Source of the DNA: a virus
Lineage: Duplodnaviria > Caudoviricetes
Virus record (IMG/VR): IMGVR_UViG_3300033068_001920
Span: 1-64,000 of that record
Strand: one strand, 5' to 3'
Length of the DNA stretch: 64,000 nucleotides
Shown: piece after piece, positions 46,197 to 55,269 of the stretch
Layout of the letters: the number at the start of each line of letters is the position of its first letter
Numbering within the stretch: position 1 is the stretch's first letter
The notes under the pieces: model-generated
Databases searched by the model: none
Seen by the model: only the letters and a program-made list of their open reading frames with translations
What the model was told of the DNA's origin: nothing
Made by a program: the position numbers and the translations under genes

Positions 46197-46936
46197 AACC
46201 ACTCGGCATCAAGAACTACGGCAGCATCGGCCATCTGCCGTGCTCGCGGATTGGCCCCGGCGATCACCATGTCCATGATGGCCAAGCCGCGATCTGCACG
46301 ACCAAGGTCCGCGACCGGCACGATCTTGTCATCGTCCAGGAAAAACTGGACGGGTCAAACGTCGGCGCGGCGAAGGTCAACGGCGAGATCCACGCGCTCA
46401 CCCGCGCCGGCTACCTCGCGAGCACTTCGCCCTATGAGCAGCACCACCGGTTCGGCGAATGGGTCGCGCGCAACGCCTCGCGCTTCGCCGCGGTGCTGCA
46501 GGAAGGTGAGCGCATCGTCGGCGAGTGGCTTCTCCAGGCGCACGGCACGCGCTACCTGCTGAAGCATGAGCCGTTCGTGGCTTTCGACCTGATGCGCGGC
46601 AAAGAGCGCACACCGTTCACCGAGTTCCGCGAGCGCGTCAGTGGGCACTTCGTGATGCCGTACCTGATCCACGTCGGCGGAGCGCTCAGCGTTGCCGATG
46701 CAATGGCTGCCATGGGTGAAATGGGCCAGCACGGCGCCATGGAGCCTGTCGAGGGCGTTATGTACCGCGTCGAGCGGAACGAACAGCGCGGCACCGAGCG
46801 CGTGCAGGTCGTCGATTTTCTGGCCAAGTACGTGCGTCCGGACAAGGCCGACGGCTGCTATCTGGAAGGCGTCACCGGCGGCCCGGCCGTCTACAACGAT
46901 CGGCAGTGGTGGGTGCCTGGCTCGGAACTCGCCTGA
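46193..46936 (+). CDS. RNA ligase family nucleotidyltransferase
   Basis: Motif I QEKLDGSN; GEW, FDL and EGVMYR motifs. Confidence 0.8.
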   Translation: MKPLGIKNYGSIGHLPCSRIGPGDHHVHDGQAAICTTKVRDRHDLVIVQEKLDGSNVGAAKVNGEIHALTRAGYLASTSPYEQHHRFGEWVARNASRFAAVLQEGERIVGEWLLQAHGTRYLLKHEPFVAFDLMRGKERTPFTEFRERVSGHFVMPYLIHVGGALSVADAMAAMGEMGQHGAMEPVEGVMYRVERNEQRGTERVQVVDFLAKYVRPDKADGCYLEGVTGGPAVYNDRQWWVPGSELA

Positions 46937-47271
46937 TGCCCGCGTATGTGGACGACATGCGTGCACCGTTTGGCCGGATGATCATGTGCCACCTGATCGC
47001 CGACTCCGACGATGAGTTGCACGCCATGGCCGACACGATCGGCGTCGCGCGGCGCTGGCATCAGAAGCCGCCGAAGGCCTCCCACAGTCACTACGACATC
47101 GCACTGAGCAAGCGCGCCGCGGCGATCGCCGCCGGCGCGGTGCCGATTACCTGGCGGCAGACGGCCATGATGTGCCGGCGGCGCGCCGTGACCGGATCGC
47201 TCGGAACCCCTGAAACAGCGGAGGAGTGGTTCAACTCCTACCGCTCCGAACCCAAGAAGGACCAAGCATGA
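46936..47271 (+). CDS. DUF4031 protein
   Basis: YVDD...MCHLIADSDDELHAMA...HYDIALSKRAAAIAAGA. Confidence 0.85.
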   Translation: MPAYVDDMRAPFGRMIMCHLIADSDDELHAMADTIGVARRWHQKPPKASHSHYDIALSKRAAAIAAGAVPITWRQTAMMCRRRAVTGSLGTPETAEEWFNSYRSEPKKDQA

Positions 47272-47711
47272 ACACCAAAGAATCAATCGCTGCTGCCATC
47301 AACGGTGTTGAATATCCCTGCGATATCCTGCCCGCCATCATCGCCGAAGCGAAGGCAGCCGGCCTCGTCATCGTCTTCGGTGCCTCCGACGATCTGATGG
47401 AGTTCCGCGGCGCGATCTACGACGAAGTTGGCGTTGATGGCGGCGGCACCGCTCACCTTGACCGCGAAGGCATTCTGGTCCGCGACCAGTGCGAATCGGA
47501 CGAAGAGATCGCCGACCATATGATTCGCAAGCGCACCTCCCGGAAGATCGAAGCGCTCTGGTGCGCCGAGGGCGACTATTCGTGGACGTACGCCACCGAT
47601 CTGCCTCACTCTACGTTTGACGTAGTAGAAGACGGCACGCCGTACTGCCGCGGCATCGTATTCGCACTGGCCGACCTGCCCGAAGCGCAGCGCGCGGGTG
47701 AGCCCGCATGA
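47268..47711 (+). CDS. conserved hypothetical phage protein
   Basis: LVIVFGASDDLMEFRGAIYDE...IEALWC..SWTY. Confidence 0.75.
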   Translation: MNTKESIAAAINGVEYPCDILPAIIAEAKAAGLVIVFGASDDLMEFRGAIYDEVGVDGGGTAHLDREGILVRDQCESDEEIADHMIRKRTSRKIEALWCAEGDYSWTYATDLPHSTFDVVEDGTPYCRGIVFALADLPEAQRAGEPA

Positions 47712-48664
47712 GCCGGCACAAAGCCAACCGTGCCGAGGTGCTGACGGCATTCCTTCGCGACACCGCCGAGCACAAGATGGAGGTCGTGCTTGACCAGGGT
47801 CTGCATCGCCACCTGAAGTTCCGGAAGCCCGGCACGGGCTGCTACGGCTTCGACATCGTGACATGGCCCGGGTATCTGGCAATCTCGGGCGACATGGGTG
47901 CGGCGATGTTCACGCGCCTGCCCGACATGCTCGAATTCTTCCGGGACAAACCTGATCGCCACGACGCCGGCGGCGGGCTCTACATCAACTGTGGGTACTG
48001 GGCCGAGAAGTGCGTCGCAAACGACGGCGAGAAGAAGGAATTCGACACGGACCTGTTCCGTGAATGCGTGAAGGCGCGATTCGACGAATACGTGGAGGAG
48101 CACACCGAGGAAGGCGAGGCGCCGCCGGCCTGGGCCGCGGAACTGTGGGAAGAGATCGAACAGGATGTCCTGCTCACGACCGAGGATCACGAATCGACCT
48201 TCTTCGCGATCAAGAACATGGACGAATTCAAGCCCGATGGTGCCGAGTACGAAGGGTTTCGATTTTCGGATGCGTGGGAGTCCAGCAACTCGCTGGAGGA
48301 CTACCGCTTCCACTTCATCTGGCGCCTTTACGCGATCGCGTACGCGGTGCGCGCCTACGATGAGACCAAGGCGGTGGCCGAAAAGATCAAGAAGCACGGC
48401 ATCGTGAGTTTGGCTCATCAATGGCTGCCCGCTCCATTTTGGCCTATGGACGCGCAGAATCCTCTAGCAAAAGCGGTCCTAAAGTGCAGTATTTGTGGCG
48501 CACTGAAGGTCATAGGTCATCCAATGCCTGCACCCTGCATCCCAAAGTTGGAAGCCGAAAACTCCGGCTTCTCAAACGACAAGTTGCAGTTGCAGCAAAT
48601 CGTGGATCACGCTCAATTCCATCTCAATGCTGGGCTTGACCCCGCACCGGTGGTGTCGGCATGA
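47708..48664 (+). CDS. conserved hypothetical phage protein with lower-GC C-terminal extension
   Basis: HRHLKF...FDIVTWPGYLAISGDMG...YINCGYWAEK. Confidence 0.75.
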   Translation: MSRHKANRAEVLTAFLRDTAEHKMEVVLDQGLHRHLKFRKPGTGCYGFDIVTWPGYLAISGDMGAAMFTRLPDMLEFFRDKPDRHDAGGGLYINCGYWAEKCVANDGEKKEFDTDLFRECVKARFDEYVEEHTEEGEAPPAWAAELWEEIEQDVLLTTEDHESTFFAIKNMDEFKPDGAEYEGFRFSDAWESSNSLEDYRFHFIWRLYAIAYAVRAYDETKAVAEKIKKHGIVSLAHQWLPAPFWPMDAQNPLAKAVLKCSICGALKVIGHPMPAPCIPKLEAENSGFSNDKLQLQQIVDHAQFHLNAGLDPAPVVSA

Positions 48665-48870
48665 CGCTCTGGGACTTCTGGCACGCGCATCCATTCCTGG
48701 CGTGGTGCGCGCTTTGGCTGCTCTGGGCAGTCGTGCCATTGGCGCAGTTGATGGTCAGTGTCATCATCCGCATCCTGAGATCGATCAAGGTTCTCTGCCG
48801 CGGGTGGCCGCCTCCCCACCTTGATGCCGATGGCGACTGGCGCCCACTGCCGAAGGATCCAGAACCGTGA
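48661..48870 (+). CDS. small membrane protein
   Basis: Trp-rich hydrophobic helix; coupled. Confidence 0.6.
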   Translation: MTLWDFWHAHPFLAWCALWLLWAVVPLAQLMVSVIIRILRSIKVLCRGWPPPHLDADGDWRPLPKDPEP

Positions 48871-49367
48871 ACGACCTCCCCTACCGCGCCATGGTTTTCG
48901 CCCGCGAGACGCACAAGGACCAGCGCCGCAAGTACACCGATGAACCCTACTTCCTGCACCTCGCCGAGGTGGCTGGAATCGTGGCGACGGTGGCCCCGGT
49001 TGGCATGACTGGATTGATGCTCGCGACATCGTACCTCCATGACTCGCGAGAGGATCAGGGCTTAACCCATGGCGATTTGAGCAATCGGTTCGGTGTCAAC
49101 GTGGCTTATGGCGTCACAATGCTGTCCGATCTAGAACCAGGGAATCGCGCCGAGCGCAAGGCCGCTGCGCGCGCGCGACTCGCACTTGCGCGCGGCTGGG
49201 TCCAGACGATCAAAGTCGCCGATGTGATCAGCAACACGTCCAGTATCGTCAGATACGACCCGAAGTTCGCGGTCGTCTACTTGGATGAGGTCCGGAAACT
49301 TCTGGACGTGCTGACCGAAGCCGACACGCGCCTGCTCGCCATGGCGCGCGAGCAGATCAGGGCGTAG
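48867..49367 (+). CDS. HD-domain small alarmone hydrolase-like protein (Mesh1/SpoT-HD)
   Basis: FARETHKDQRRK...PYFLH, YLHDSRED, IKVADVISN. Confidence 0.85.
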   Translation: MNDLPYRAMVFARETHKDQRRKYTDEPYFLHLAEVAGIVATVAPVGMTGLMLATSYLHDSREDQGLTHGDLSNRFGVNVAYGVTMLSDLEPGNRAERKAAARARLALARGWVQTIKVADVISNTSSIVRYDPKFAVVYLDEVRKLLDVLTEADTRLLAMAREQIRA

Positions 49368-49371
49368 CGGC

Positions 49372-49656
49372 TCACTTCGCCGGCGGGACCATCAGGCAAC
49401 CAGCGGCCGCGGCTTCCCAGTCGCGGCCGTATTGCTTCGCGGCTTCCAAGTCGGCGACCGCCAACTCCAGCGCCGGCGACAGGCCTGGCCAAGCGCCGTT
49501 GCCGTATTGGTAGACCGGCTTCGCCGGCGCCGCGCTCACGCACGGCACCTTCACGGGCACCTTGACCTCTTGGGTCTGGACTTGGATGCGGCGCTCCTGG
49601 GTCGCGCAGCCAGCGATCGAGAGGACGACGATGGCGAGAATGTAGAGGCGGATCAT
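49372..49656 (-). CDS. o-spanin (Rz1-like lipoprotein)
   Basis: Signal peptide with lipobox IAGC; Pro-rich EVKVPVKVPC. Confidence 0.8.
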   Translation of the reverse strand: MIRLYILAIVVLSIAGCATQERRIQVQTQEVKVPVKVPCVSAAPAKPVYQYGNGAWPGLSPALELAVADLEAAKQYGRDWEAAAAGCLMVPPAK

Positions 49657-50057
49657 GCTGGGATCTCCGGCAGGTCCAAGGTCTGGCCTGCGTAGGCGTG
49701 GGTGCAGTCGCTGAGGAACGTGATGCGACCGTTGGTGATGAAGGAGTGGCACAGGCAGCAGGCGAACCCCGGGTCTCCCTTGTCGGGGTACCGTTTCGAC
49801 CATGTGCAGTAGCACTGCTCCGTGTTGCCATCGGCGTAGTGCCCCACCCGGTTCAGGACCGATGGCGAGAACGTCGGGAGATCAAGGTCGCCGTTGAAGC
49901 CCCATCCCGCCGCGCTTGGCCGGTGCGGTGATCGCTCCATGCCGGGCGGCGTCCAGCCGACGGCCAAGGTCGCCCCGCCGCAAACGCCGCACGGGCAGAG
50001 AAACTTGACCCCGTAGAAACGACCCTCGCTGTCCGTGACTACTTCGGCTCTGGCCAT
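49653..50057 (-). CDS. DUF6527-like Cys/His metal-binding protein
   Basis: FLCPCG, WGFNGDLDLPTFSPSV, CHSFITNGRITFLSDCTH. Confidence 0.75.
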   Translation of the reverse strand: MARAEVVTDSEGRFYGVKFLCPCGVCGGATLAVGWTPPGMERSPHRPSAAGWGFNGDLDLPTFSPSVLNRVGHYADGNTEQCYCTWSKRYPDKGDPGFACCLCHSFITNGRITFLSDCTHAYAGQTLDLPEIPA

Positions 50058-50488
50058 CGCGAGGCCTCCCAGTAGGCCTTCATGGCATCCTCGGGCGTAG
50101 CGCCGGACTTGAGCATGCGCTGCAGGTCCGCGACGCGCTTCGCCGCGGCCTTCGCCTGTACCTCCGCGGCTTTGCGGGCCTCGGCCTGCAGGCGCGCGGT
50201 CTCGGCGGTGGCGAGCTCGAGCGCGGCGATCGCGTCGTTCTGCGTCTTGATTGATGCCCGCAGATCCTTGATGCTGGTGTCGCGGTCCTGGACATCCTGC
50301 TTCAGTTCGGTGACCTTGTTTTCGGCCGCGGTGACCTTTTCCTGCCAGGCGTCGTTCGCGCGCCAAGTGGCGATCTTCCAGGCACCCCAGCCGCCGAGGC
50401 TGGCCGACCCGGCGACGACGAAGAACAGTGCGGCGAGGCCGGCGGCGAGGCGGTATGGCGCGGGAATCAGGTTCAGCAGGAATTTCAT
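50039..50488 (-). CDS. i-spanin (Rz-like)
   Basis: N-terminal TM helix followed by a long coiled coil. Confidence 0.75.
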   Translation of the reverse strand: MKFLLNLIPAPYRLAAGLAALFFVVAGSASLGGWGAWKIATWRANDAWQEKVTAAENKVTELKQDVQDRDTSIKDLRASIKTQNDAIAALELATAETARLQAEARKAAEVQAKAAAKRVADLQRMLKSGATPEDAMKAYWEASRWPEPK

Positions 50489-50820
50489 GCGAATGTCCAG
50501 GCAAGAAGGCACCACGCCGCCTTGCACGTGAGGTGGAGGAATTGGTCCGCGTTGAACCCGATCCGTCCGCGACATTTCATGTCGTCGATCACGCCATGAG
50601 CGACGAACTCGAGCGCGGCAAGCCAGATTGAACCGGTCAAGATGCCGACGCCGGCGGCATGAATCAGCGCGTGGGCGCCCATGGCCTGAAACCAAGGAAC
50701 ACCCGGAATCGGGCTGAGCCGATTCTTCGCCTTGGACAGGAAATCGCCCTGCAACGGATAATCGGCGAGCGCATGCCAAGCGGCAAGCAGGAAAAACATG
50801 GTGATGGGCGTCACAGGCAT
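50485..50820 (-). CDS. DUF3307 membrane protein
   Basis: HALADYPLQ, HALIH, HGVIDD, DQFLH. Confidence 0.8.
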   Translation of the reverse strand: MPVTPITMFFLLAAWHALADYPLQGDFLSKAKNRLSPIPGVPWFQAMGAHALIHAAGVGILTGSIWLAALEFVAHGVIDDMKCRGRIGFNADQFLHLTCKAAWCLLAWTFA

Positions 50821-51056
50821 GAGTGCGTACCGCTGTTGATTGGATGGTCGGCGGCCGCCAGCAGCGCTGCCTTGATGGAATGCCCATCCATGGGCGGGCC
50901 GATGAGGGTGACGCTCAGCGCGCCGGCCGCGTTCAATTCGACCAGCAGCGCATTCGCCGGCATGTCCGCCTCGCCGTTCGCGACCCTGTCCGCGTGCAGC
51001 CGGTACTGGCCGGCAACGTTGGCGGCGTCAGGAAGCCCGGAGCGCAGCGGCAGCAT
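50811..51056 (-). CDS. hypothetical protein
   Basis: 81 aa ORF within the lysis cluster. Confidence 0.45.
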   Translation of the reverse strand: MLPLRSGLPDAANVAGQYRLHADRVANGEADMPANALLVELNAAGALSVTLIGPPMDGHSIKAALLAAADHPINSGTHSCL

Positions 51057-51093
51057 CAGGTGCGACAGGCTTCGGCGAACCCTGACAGGGTCA

Positions 51094-51519
51094 TCAGTGG
51101 CCTTGCCGGGTCGGCGGGGCGGGGCGGGGCGGGTCCGGAAGCAGCGGAGCATTGATCGGGTGACTTTCCGGAACCGGATCCGAAATGATCCGCAGGTTCC
51201 GCTGCTGCACCACGCGCGCCAAGCCGGCCGCAGCCAGCGCGGCGATCGCCATCCATCCAAACACGCTCGGAACCCATTCGGGGACGCGCGAGATCCAGTC
51301 GGCCGGGATCAGCGACCAGCCCGTTCGTGCCGGCTCGATCAGGGCTTCCAGCGTTTGGCTGAAAAGTTGCAGTGCGCCAGAGATGCCCATCCAACGCATT
51401 GACCACCACTTGCGGGCGTTCGCTGCGTCCGGCACCAGCGGCAGGCCCAGAACCTTTTTCTTCGGCGGCAGCGGAAGGATGATCTCCTCCTCTTCGCCCT
51501 TCGTCGTGAACTGCGTCAT
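51094..51519 (-). CDS. putative holin
   Basis: NARKWWSMRW plus two TM helices; located in the lysis cluster. Confidence 0.65.
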   Translation of the reverse strand: MTQFTTKGEEEEIILPLPPKKKVLGLPLVPDAANARKWWSMRWMGISGALQLFSQTLEALIEPARTGWSLIPADWISRVPEWVPSVFGWMAIAALAAAGLARVVQQRNLRIISDPVPESHPINAPLLPDPPRPAPPTRQGH

Positions 51520-51947
51520 TTCCTGGATTCCTGCTGCGGGTATTGGTTGATTCGGGGCACGACGCCCTTCCAGATGTAGCCACGCACGATCTGCGCTTCT
51601 TCGCGCGCCCAAGCCGCATGCGCTTCGCTGCGCGCGCGGTCGGCTTGCATATCGATCCGCATATCAGTCACTCGCTGCCCTTGGAAGAACGCGATGACGA
51701 CCGCCACTGATGCCACGAATGCCATGGCCCAGACCAGTCGCTCCATTCGACCGATCAACGGCGGAATCTGGTTCTGCTGCGGAATGTTGACCTGCTGCAC
51801 CTGGCCCGTTGATTGTGCACGGATCGTTTCTGACAGGCCGCGAAGGATCTCGGTCTGCTCCTTCACCGATTCGCCCATCGTTGTCGCAAGGCCGCCAAGC
51901 ATCTCGGCGATCTGATCGATTTCCGACTTCTTGATCATGCCGCTCAC
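51516..51947 (-). CDS. single-TM membrane protein (lysis accessory)
   Basis: One central TM helix; coupled. Confidence 0.6.
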   Translation of the reverse strand: MSGMIKKSEIDQIAEMLGGLATTMGESVKEQTEILRGLSETIRAQSTGQVQQVNIPQQNQIPPLIGRMERLVWAMAFVASVAVVIAFFQGQRVTDMRIDMQADRARSEAHAAWAREEAQIVRGYIWKGVVPRINQYPQQESRK

Positions 51948-52282
51948 CGGCGAGCCGCCGATATCACAAGTTGATCAGCGATGGGCTTGAGCATGGCTTG
52001 CACAGCTTCGGTGTATTGCCGCTGCGATTCGCCAAGTTGAGCAATCGATGCTTCCATTCTCCGAATGTCTTCCTTCGTGGCGTATTCGTCACGGACGCTT
52101 GCGCCGATACGTGCCTCCATGGCCATCTGTGCGAGTTCAAGTGCATGCACCTGATTCTTCAGCGCGTCATCGCTCCCGAACAGGCGGTTCAGAAAAAACA
52201 TCCCGATCACCGTCAAAATAGGGACGACGATAGCGAACACGCCGATGAGAATCATGATATGCGCGGTCGTGATCTCGCCCAT
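51944..52282 (-). CDS. single-TM coiled-coil protein (holin/antiholin-like)
   Basis: N-terminal TM helix then EYATKEDI..ME; directly after the endolysin. Confidence 0.6.
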   Translation of the reverse strand: MGEITTAHIMILIGVFAIVVPILTVIGMFFLNRLFGSDDALKNQVHALELAQMAMEARIGASVRDEYATKEDIRRMEASIAQLGESQRQYTEAVQAMLKPIADQLVISAARR

Positions 52283-52860
52283 CAGACTGTCGCTCCGCTG
52301 AATTTCTTGTACGCCGCCGCGAGCTTGGTGTCGTACTTGAACCTGCGGTAGTTCGACCCGTTGTAGAGCCGCGCGAATTCCGCCCAGTTCAGCGCCTTCA
52401 GTGCGTTCCACCTGGTCTTGTTCGCCTTGATGAAGCCGACGAACAGGTCAAGTTGGGAACCCTCGCTCTCGTGCATCTTGTTCATGAAGTCTTGCAGCGA
52501 CTCCGCGCCGGCCTCGGCCCAGTTGCTGCCCAAGATCTGCGGCTTGCCCCAACTCGCCGACATCAGCGCGGCTTCGCGATCGAGCGCGGCCGCGCGCGCC
52601 AACTTGGCATGCTGGACGCTGTAGGGGCCGTAGCCGCCCGCGATCGGATTGCTGATATCTGGGTACTTCTTGTCGAAGCGGCCCCGCGTGTGCTTGCTGA
52701 ACTTGTGCCGTTCGAACAGGATCGAAACCTGCCCATCGGCTTGGAATCCGCCCCGCGGCGCTTCGACTTCAAGAACCGCTTTCACCGCGGCGACCCGGGC
52801 GCCAAGATTCTTGGCAGCACGGGCGAAGTCGGCTTCGGTAAGCAGCGATTTTTTCGACAT
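52282..52860 (-). CDS. endolysin, N-acetylmuramidase (DUF3380-type)
   Basis: AVLEVEAPRGGF, ILFERHKF, SASWGKPQILG, WAEFARLYNG. Confidence 0.9.
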   Translation of the reverse strand: MSKKSLLTEADFARAAKNLGARVAAVKAVLEVEAPRGGFQADGQVSILFERHKFSKHTRGRFDKKYPDISNPIAGGYGPYSVQHAKLARAAALDREAALMSASWGKPQILGSNWAEAGAESLQDFMNKMHESEGSQLDLFVGFIKANKTRWNALKALNWAEFARLYNGSNYRRFKYDTKLAAAYKKFSGATV

Positions 52861-52934
52861 CGGGCGCGATCTCCTGTTGCGTCCAGACAATCATCGCGCC
52901 GCGAGCCAATGGTGACGCGTTTCGGTTTCCGAAC

Positions 52935-53138
52935 CTATCGCGGAGAGACCGCTTGCGCCAATCCGCGGATCTGCTTGCTCAATCCGTCAATTCGCCCGAA
53001 CAGCGCGCCAGGCAGCCGCAGTGCGTTGTCCCTCGCCTGCTTCCATGCCTTGTAGGCGTCGGATTCGTAGAGCGCGTCAATGCGGCTCACCGGCAGCGAA
53101 TCGACCGCGGTGAAGTCCTGGCCCAAGAATAGCGCCAA
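52935..53138 (-). CDS. tail assembly protein (TTG start, or frameshift extension of the upstream gene)
   Basis: LALFLGQDFTAVDSLPVSRIDALYESDAYKAWKQ; TTG 1 nt after the upstream stop. Confidence 0.55.
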   Translation of the reverse strand: MALFLGQDFTAVDSLPVSRIDALYESDAYKAWKQARDNALRLPGALFGRIDGLSKQIRGLAQAVSPR

Positions 53139-53139
53139 C

Positions 53140-53919
53140 TCAATCAGCGACTCCTGCAGCTGGGCCGAATACTTCCATCGTGTCTTCGCGGATGGCCATG
53201 GAAAAATGAAATCGGGCCGGGGGATTGCCGGCCACCTCCTTGGCCGGCAGGAACCCGAGACCATCTTCGCAGATCGTGAGGTGGAAGATGTGGTCGGTTT
53301 CGGGGCCGTGCATGTAGTACGCGGCGACCAGCGCCATGAAATGCGACTCCGGCAACGCCATAAGCGCGACCGCGCGCGCATGCACAGCGGCATCGATCTC
53401 CGCGTCGGTATGGTCGGCGCAGTCGAGGCACCCATCATCGAATCGGTAGACCTGCACCGCCAACGCGCCGGTGAGCCAGCCGCTACGGTCCGCGGGCAAT
53501 TCCTCGGCTTGGATCAGTCGCTCGATCGCCTCAGCATGCCAGCCAAGCATCGGCTGCAGCATCCACTCGGCGCCAGCGATCTCGCCAATCTCCAGCGCCG
53601 CCGGCGGACCAGAAATTCCAGCCTCCATGATGTAGTCGGAATAGTGCCCGGATTCGCCGATCTGGAAGTCGCCGCCGATCACGCCGGCCAGGTAGTGAGC
53701 GATCGCGAATGCGCGCTCCTGCACTGTCCACAGCCGGCAGTCGGTGATTTGTCCTTTGCGGACATCCTTCTGCTCGTCCAAGATGCGCTTCAGCAGTTCT
53801 GTCGCGCCGTACTCGCACTGATCGGCCGGCATCTGGCACAGCGCGATCGCGTCTCGCGCGGACAATTCGTGCATCTCGGCTTGGATGCGCGGTGTTCGGA
53901 GTGGCGGAAAGTTCGGCAT
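53140..53919 (-). CDS. tail assembly chaperone/baseplate hub protein (P1 PmgC-like)
   Basis: MPNFPPL...ELSARDAIAL...LWTVQERAFA matches the recalled P1 protein. Confidence 0.65.
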   Translation of the reverse strand: MPNFPPLRTPRIQAEMHELSARDAIALCQMPADQCEYGATELLKRILDEQKDVRKGQITDCRLWTVQERAFAIAHYLAGVIGGDFQIGESGHYSDYIMEAGISGPPAALEIGEIAGAEWMLQPMLGWHAEAIERLIQAEELPADRSGWLTGALAVQVYRFDDGCLDCADHTDAEIDAAVHARAVALMALPESHFMALVAAYYMHGPETDHIFHLTICEDGLGFLPAKEVAGNPPARFHFSMAIREDTMEVFGPAAGVAD

Positions 53920-53923
53920 CGGC

Positions 53924-54733
53924 TCAGGTCAGGTTGGCGAAGGTGTCCCACTGGACGAATGTCATCTGGATCTCTTGGAGCCCGCTCTCGCGCCGCGACA
54001 ATTCGAAGTCCAGCGCGCCGGGACGCATCACGAAACTGTCGGTCCATCCTTGCGCGGCTCCGTCGATTTGCTCATCGATGTAGGCGTGAAGCACGTCAAC
54101 GCGGAACAGGTATTCGATCGGCAGGCCGAAGGTGCCGTCCTGATGGCACATCGTATCGTGCCGCTCCGCAAACCATCGCTTCACGGTGCCGCTGGTGTCG
54201 TCGAGCGTCGTCACCCGCATCTCGCAACGATCCGCATTGGTCACGTTGTCGAAGGATCCGGATCCGACCATCACCGCGTCGCCCTGCACCTGGAACGGAG
54301 CATAGCTGACATCCAGCGCGAACAGGTTGATGTCGAGTGGTTTGCCGCCCTTGATGTTGCGGACGCGGATGTTCCACAGGTTTTTCTTGGAAGGATCGAC
54401 GGAATCGACATGCTCTTCGAAGCGCCGGCGCGCCTCGGCCATCGTAATCCCACCGATCAACTGAGACGGCTGGTATTCGACGCCTGTCGCAAGCGTGGTG
54501 CCGTTGATGCCGAAGCGCTCGAATAGCCCGTCCAGGCCGGCGCCGATCAGCCCGTCAACACCGCCGCTCAGCAGTTTCCGCGCGAGCGGGAGATGCTTGC
54601 GTGCGGACTGCGGAATCTTCGAACCCGCCTTATCCAGCGCGCGCTGAGTCACCGCGTTTGTCACGCGCTCGAAAATGCTGTCGCGGAAAGGGCGCGACGC
54701 GGTGACGTTGATCCTGTCGAATTCCCGCGGCAT
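53924..54733 (-). CDS. tail tube initiator-like protein (tube fold)
   Basis: LFALDVSY, WFAERHDTMCHQDGTFGLPIEYL. Confidence 0.65.
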   Translation of the reverse strand: MPREFDRINVTASRPFRDSIFERVTNAVTQRALDKAGSKIPQSARKHLPLARKLLSGGVDGLIGAGLDGLFERFGINGTTLATGVEYQPSQLIGGITMAEARRRFEEHVDSVDPSKKNLWNIRVRNIKGGKPLDINLFALDVSYAPFQVQGDAVMVGSGSFDNVTNADRCEMRVTTLDDTSGTVKRWFAERHDTMCHQDGTFGLPIEYLFRVDVLHAYIDEQIDGAAQGWTDSFVMRPGALDFELSRRESGLQEIQMTFVQWDTFANLT

Positions 54734-55188
54734 CAGATCGTCTCCGCCGGCTCCATGAACGCCAACTTCGGCAGGTCCATCTCGCGTTGCGTGATGTCCT
54801 GCGCGATCTCGGAAACCGTTCGACCGAAGACATCGACGCCGAGCCCGCGCGAGGCCTCCAGCATCATCGCGTTCTCGTGCTCGACGTAGAGTTCGAACAG
54901 AGGCTGGATGATTGCGTATTCGCTTGGCGTCAGGTCGAAGTTCTGCGCGCCAGCGATCTCATTGCTCGCGTCGATCGGGTCGTGAATCTCCCCATCGGGG
55001 AGCGTGCCGGCCTTGAGTTTCTGGTACCCGCAATAGAACCGAACCGCCCTCTTGAGGCAGCGCGCCACGAACTCCGTTGCCAGCATGAAATTGGCAGGCG
55101 GATTCTCGATGTACCCTTCGACGATATCGGCAAGCAGCATGCGGAGGAACGATCCCGTTCGTGTTGCGGCAATGGTGGAGTAGATCAT
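54733..55188 (-). CDS. putative head-tail adaptor
   Basis: Helical protein within the tail operon. Confidence 0.5.
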   Translation of the reverse strand: MIYSTIAATRTGSFLRMLLADIVEGYIENPPANFMLATEFVARCLKRAVRFYCGYQKLKAGTLPDGEIHDPIDASNEIAGAQNFDLTPSEYAIIQPLFELYVEHENAMMLEASRGLGVDVFGRTVSEIAQDITQREMDLPKLAFMEPAETI

Positions 55189-55220
55189 CGGGTTTGGCGT
55201 AAGCCAATTTCCGATGCGGC

Positions 55221-55250
55221 TTGAATTTCACTATTAGCTATTGCTACTGT
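55221..55250 (+). promoter_or_regulatory. promoter of the HNH gene with operator
   Basis: TTGAAT-N18-TACTGT; TAGCTATTGCTA at 55235-55246. Confidence 0.6.
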
Positions 55251-55269
55251 ATCCGCCCGCTTAGCTGGA

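Noticed and set aside
51108-51137. GGGGC tandem repeat with G-quadruplex potential
   Set aside because: Explained by the Pro-rich coding tail of the holin-like gene
10770-55214. TCGGAAA(N)CCGA motif upstream of portal, gp26-like, endolysin and adaptor genes as a late-promoter element
   Set aside because: Spacing to candidate -10 boxes varies from 18 to 30 nt and it was not found before the capsid gene; unproven without TSS data
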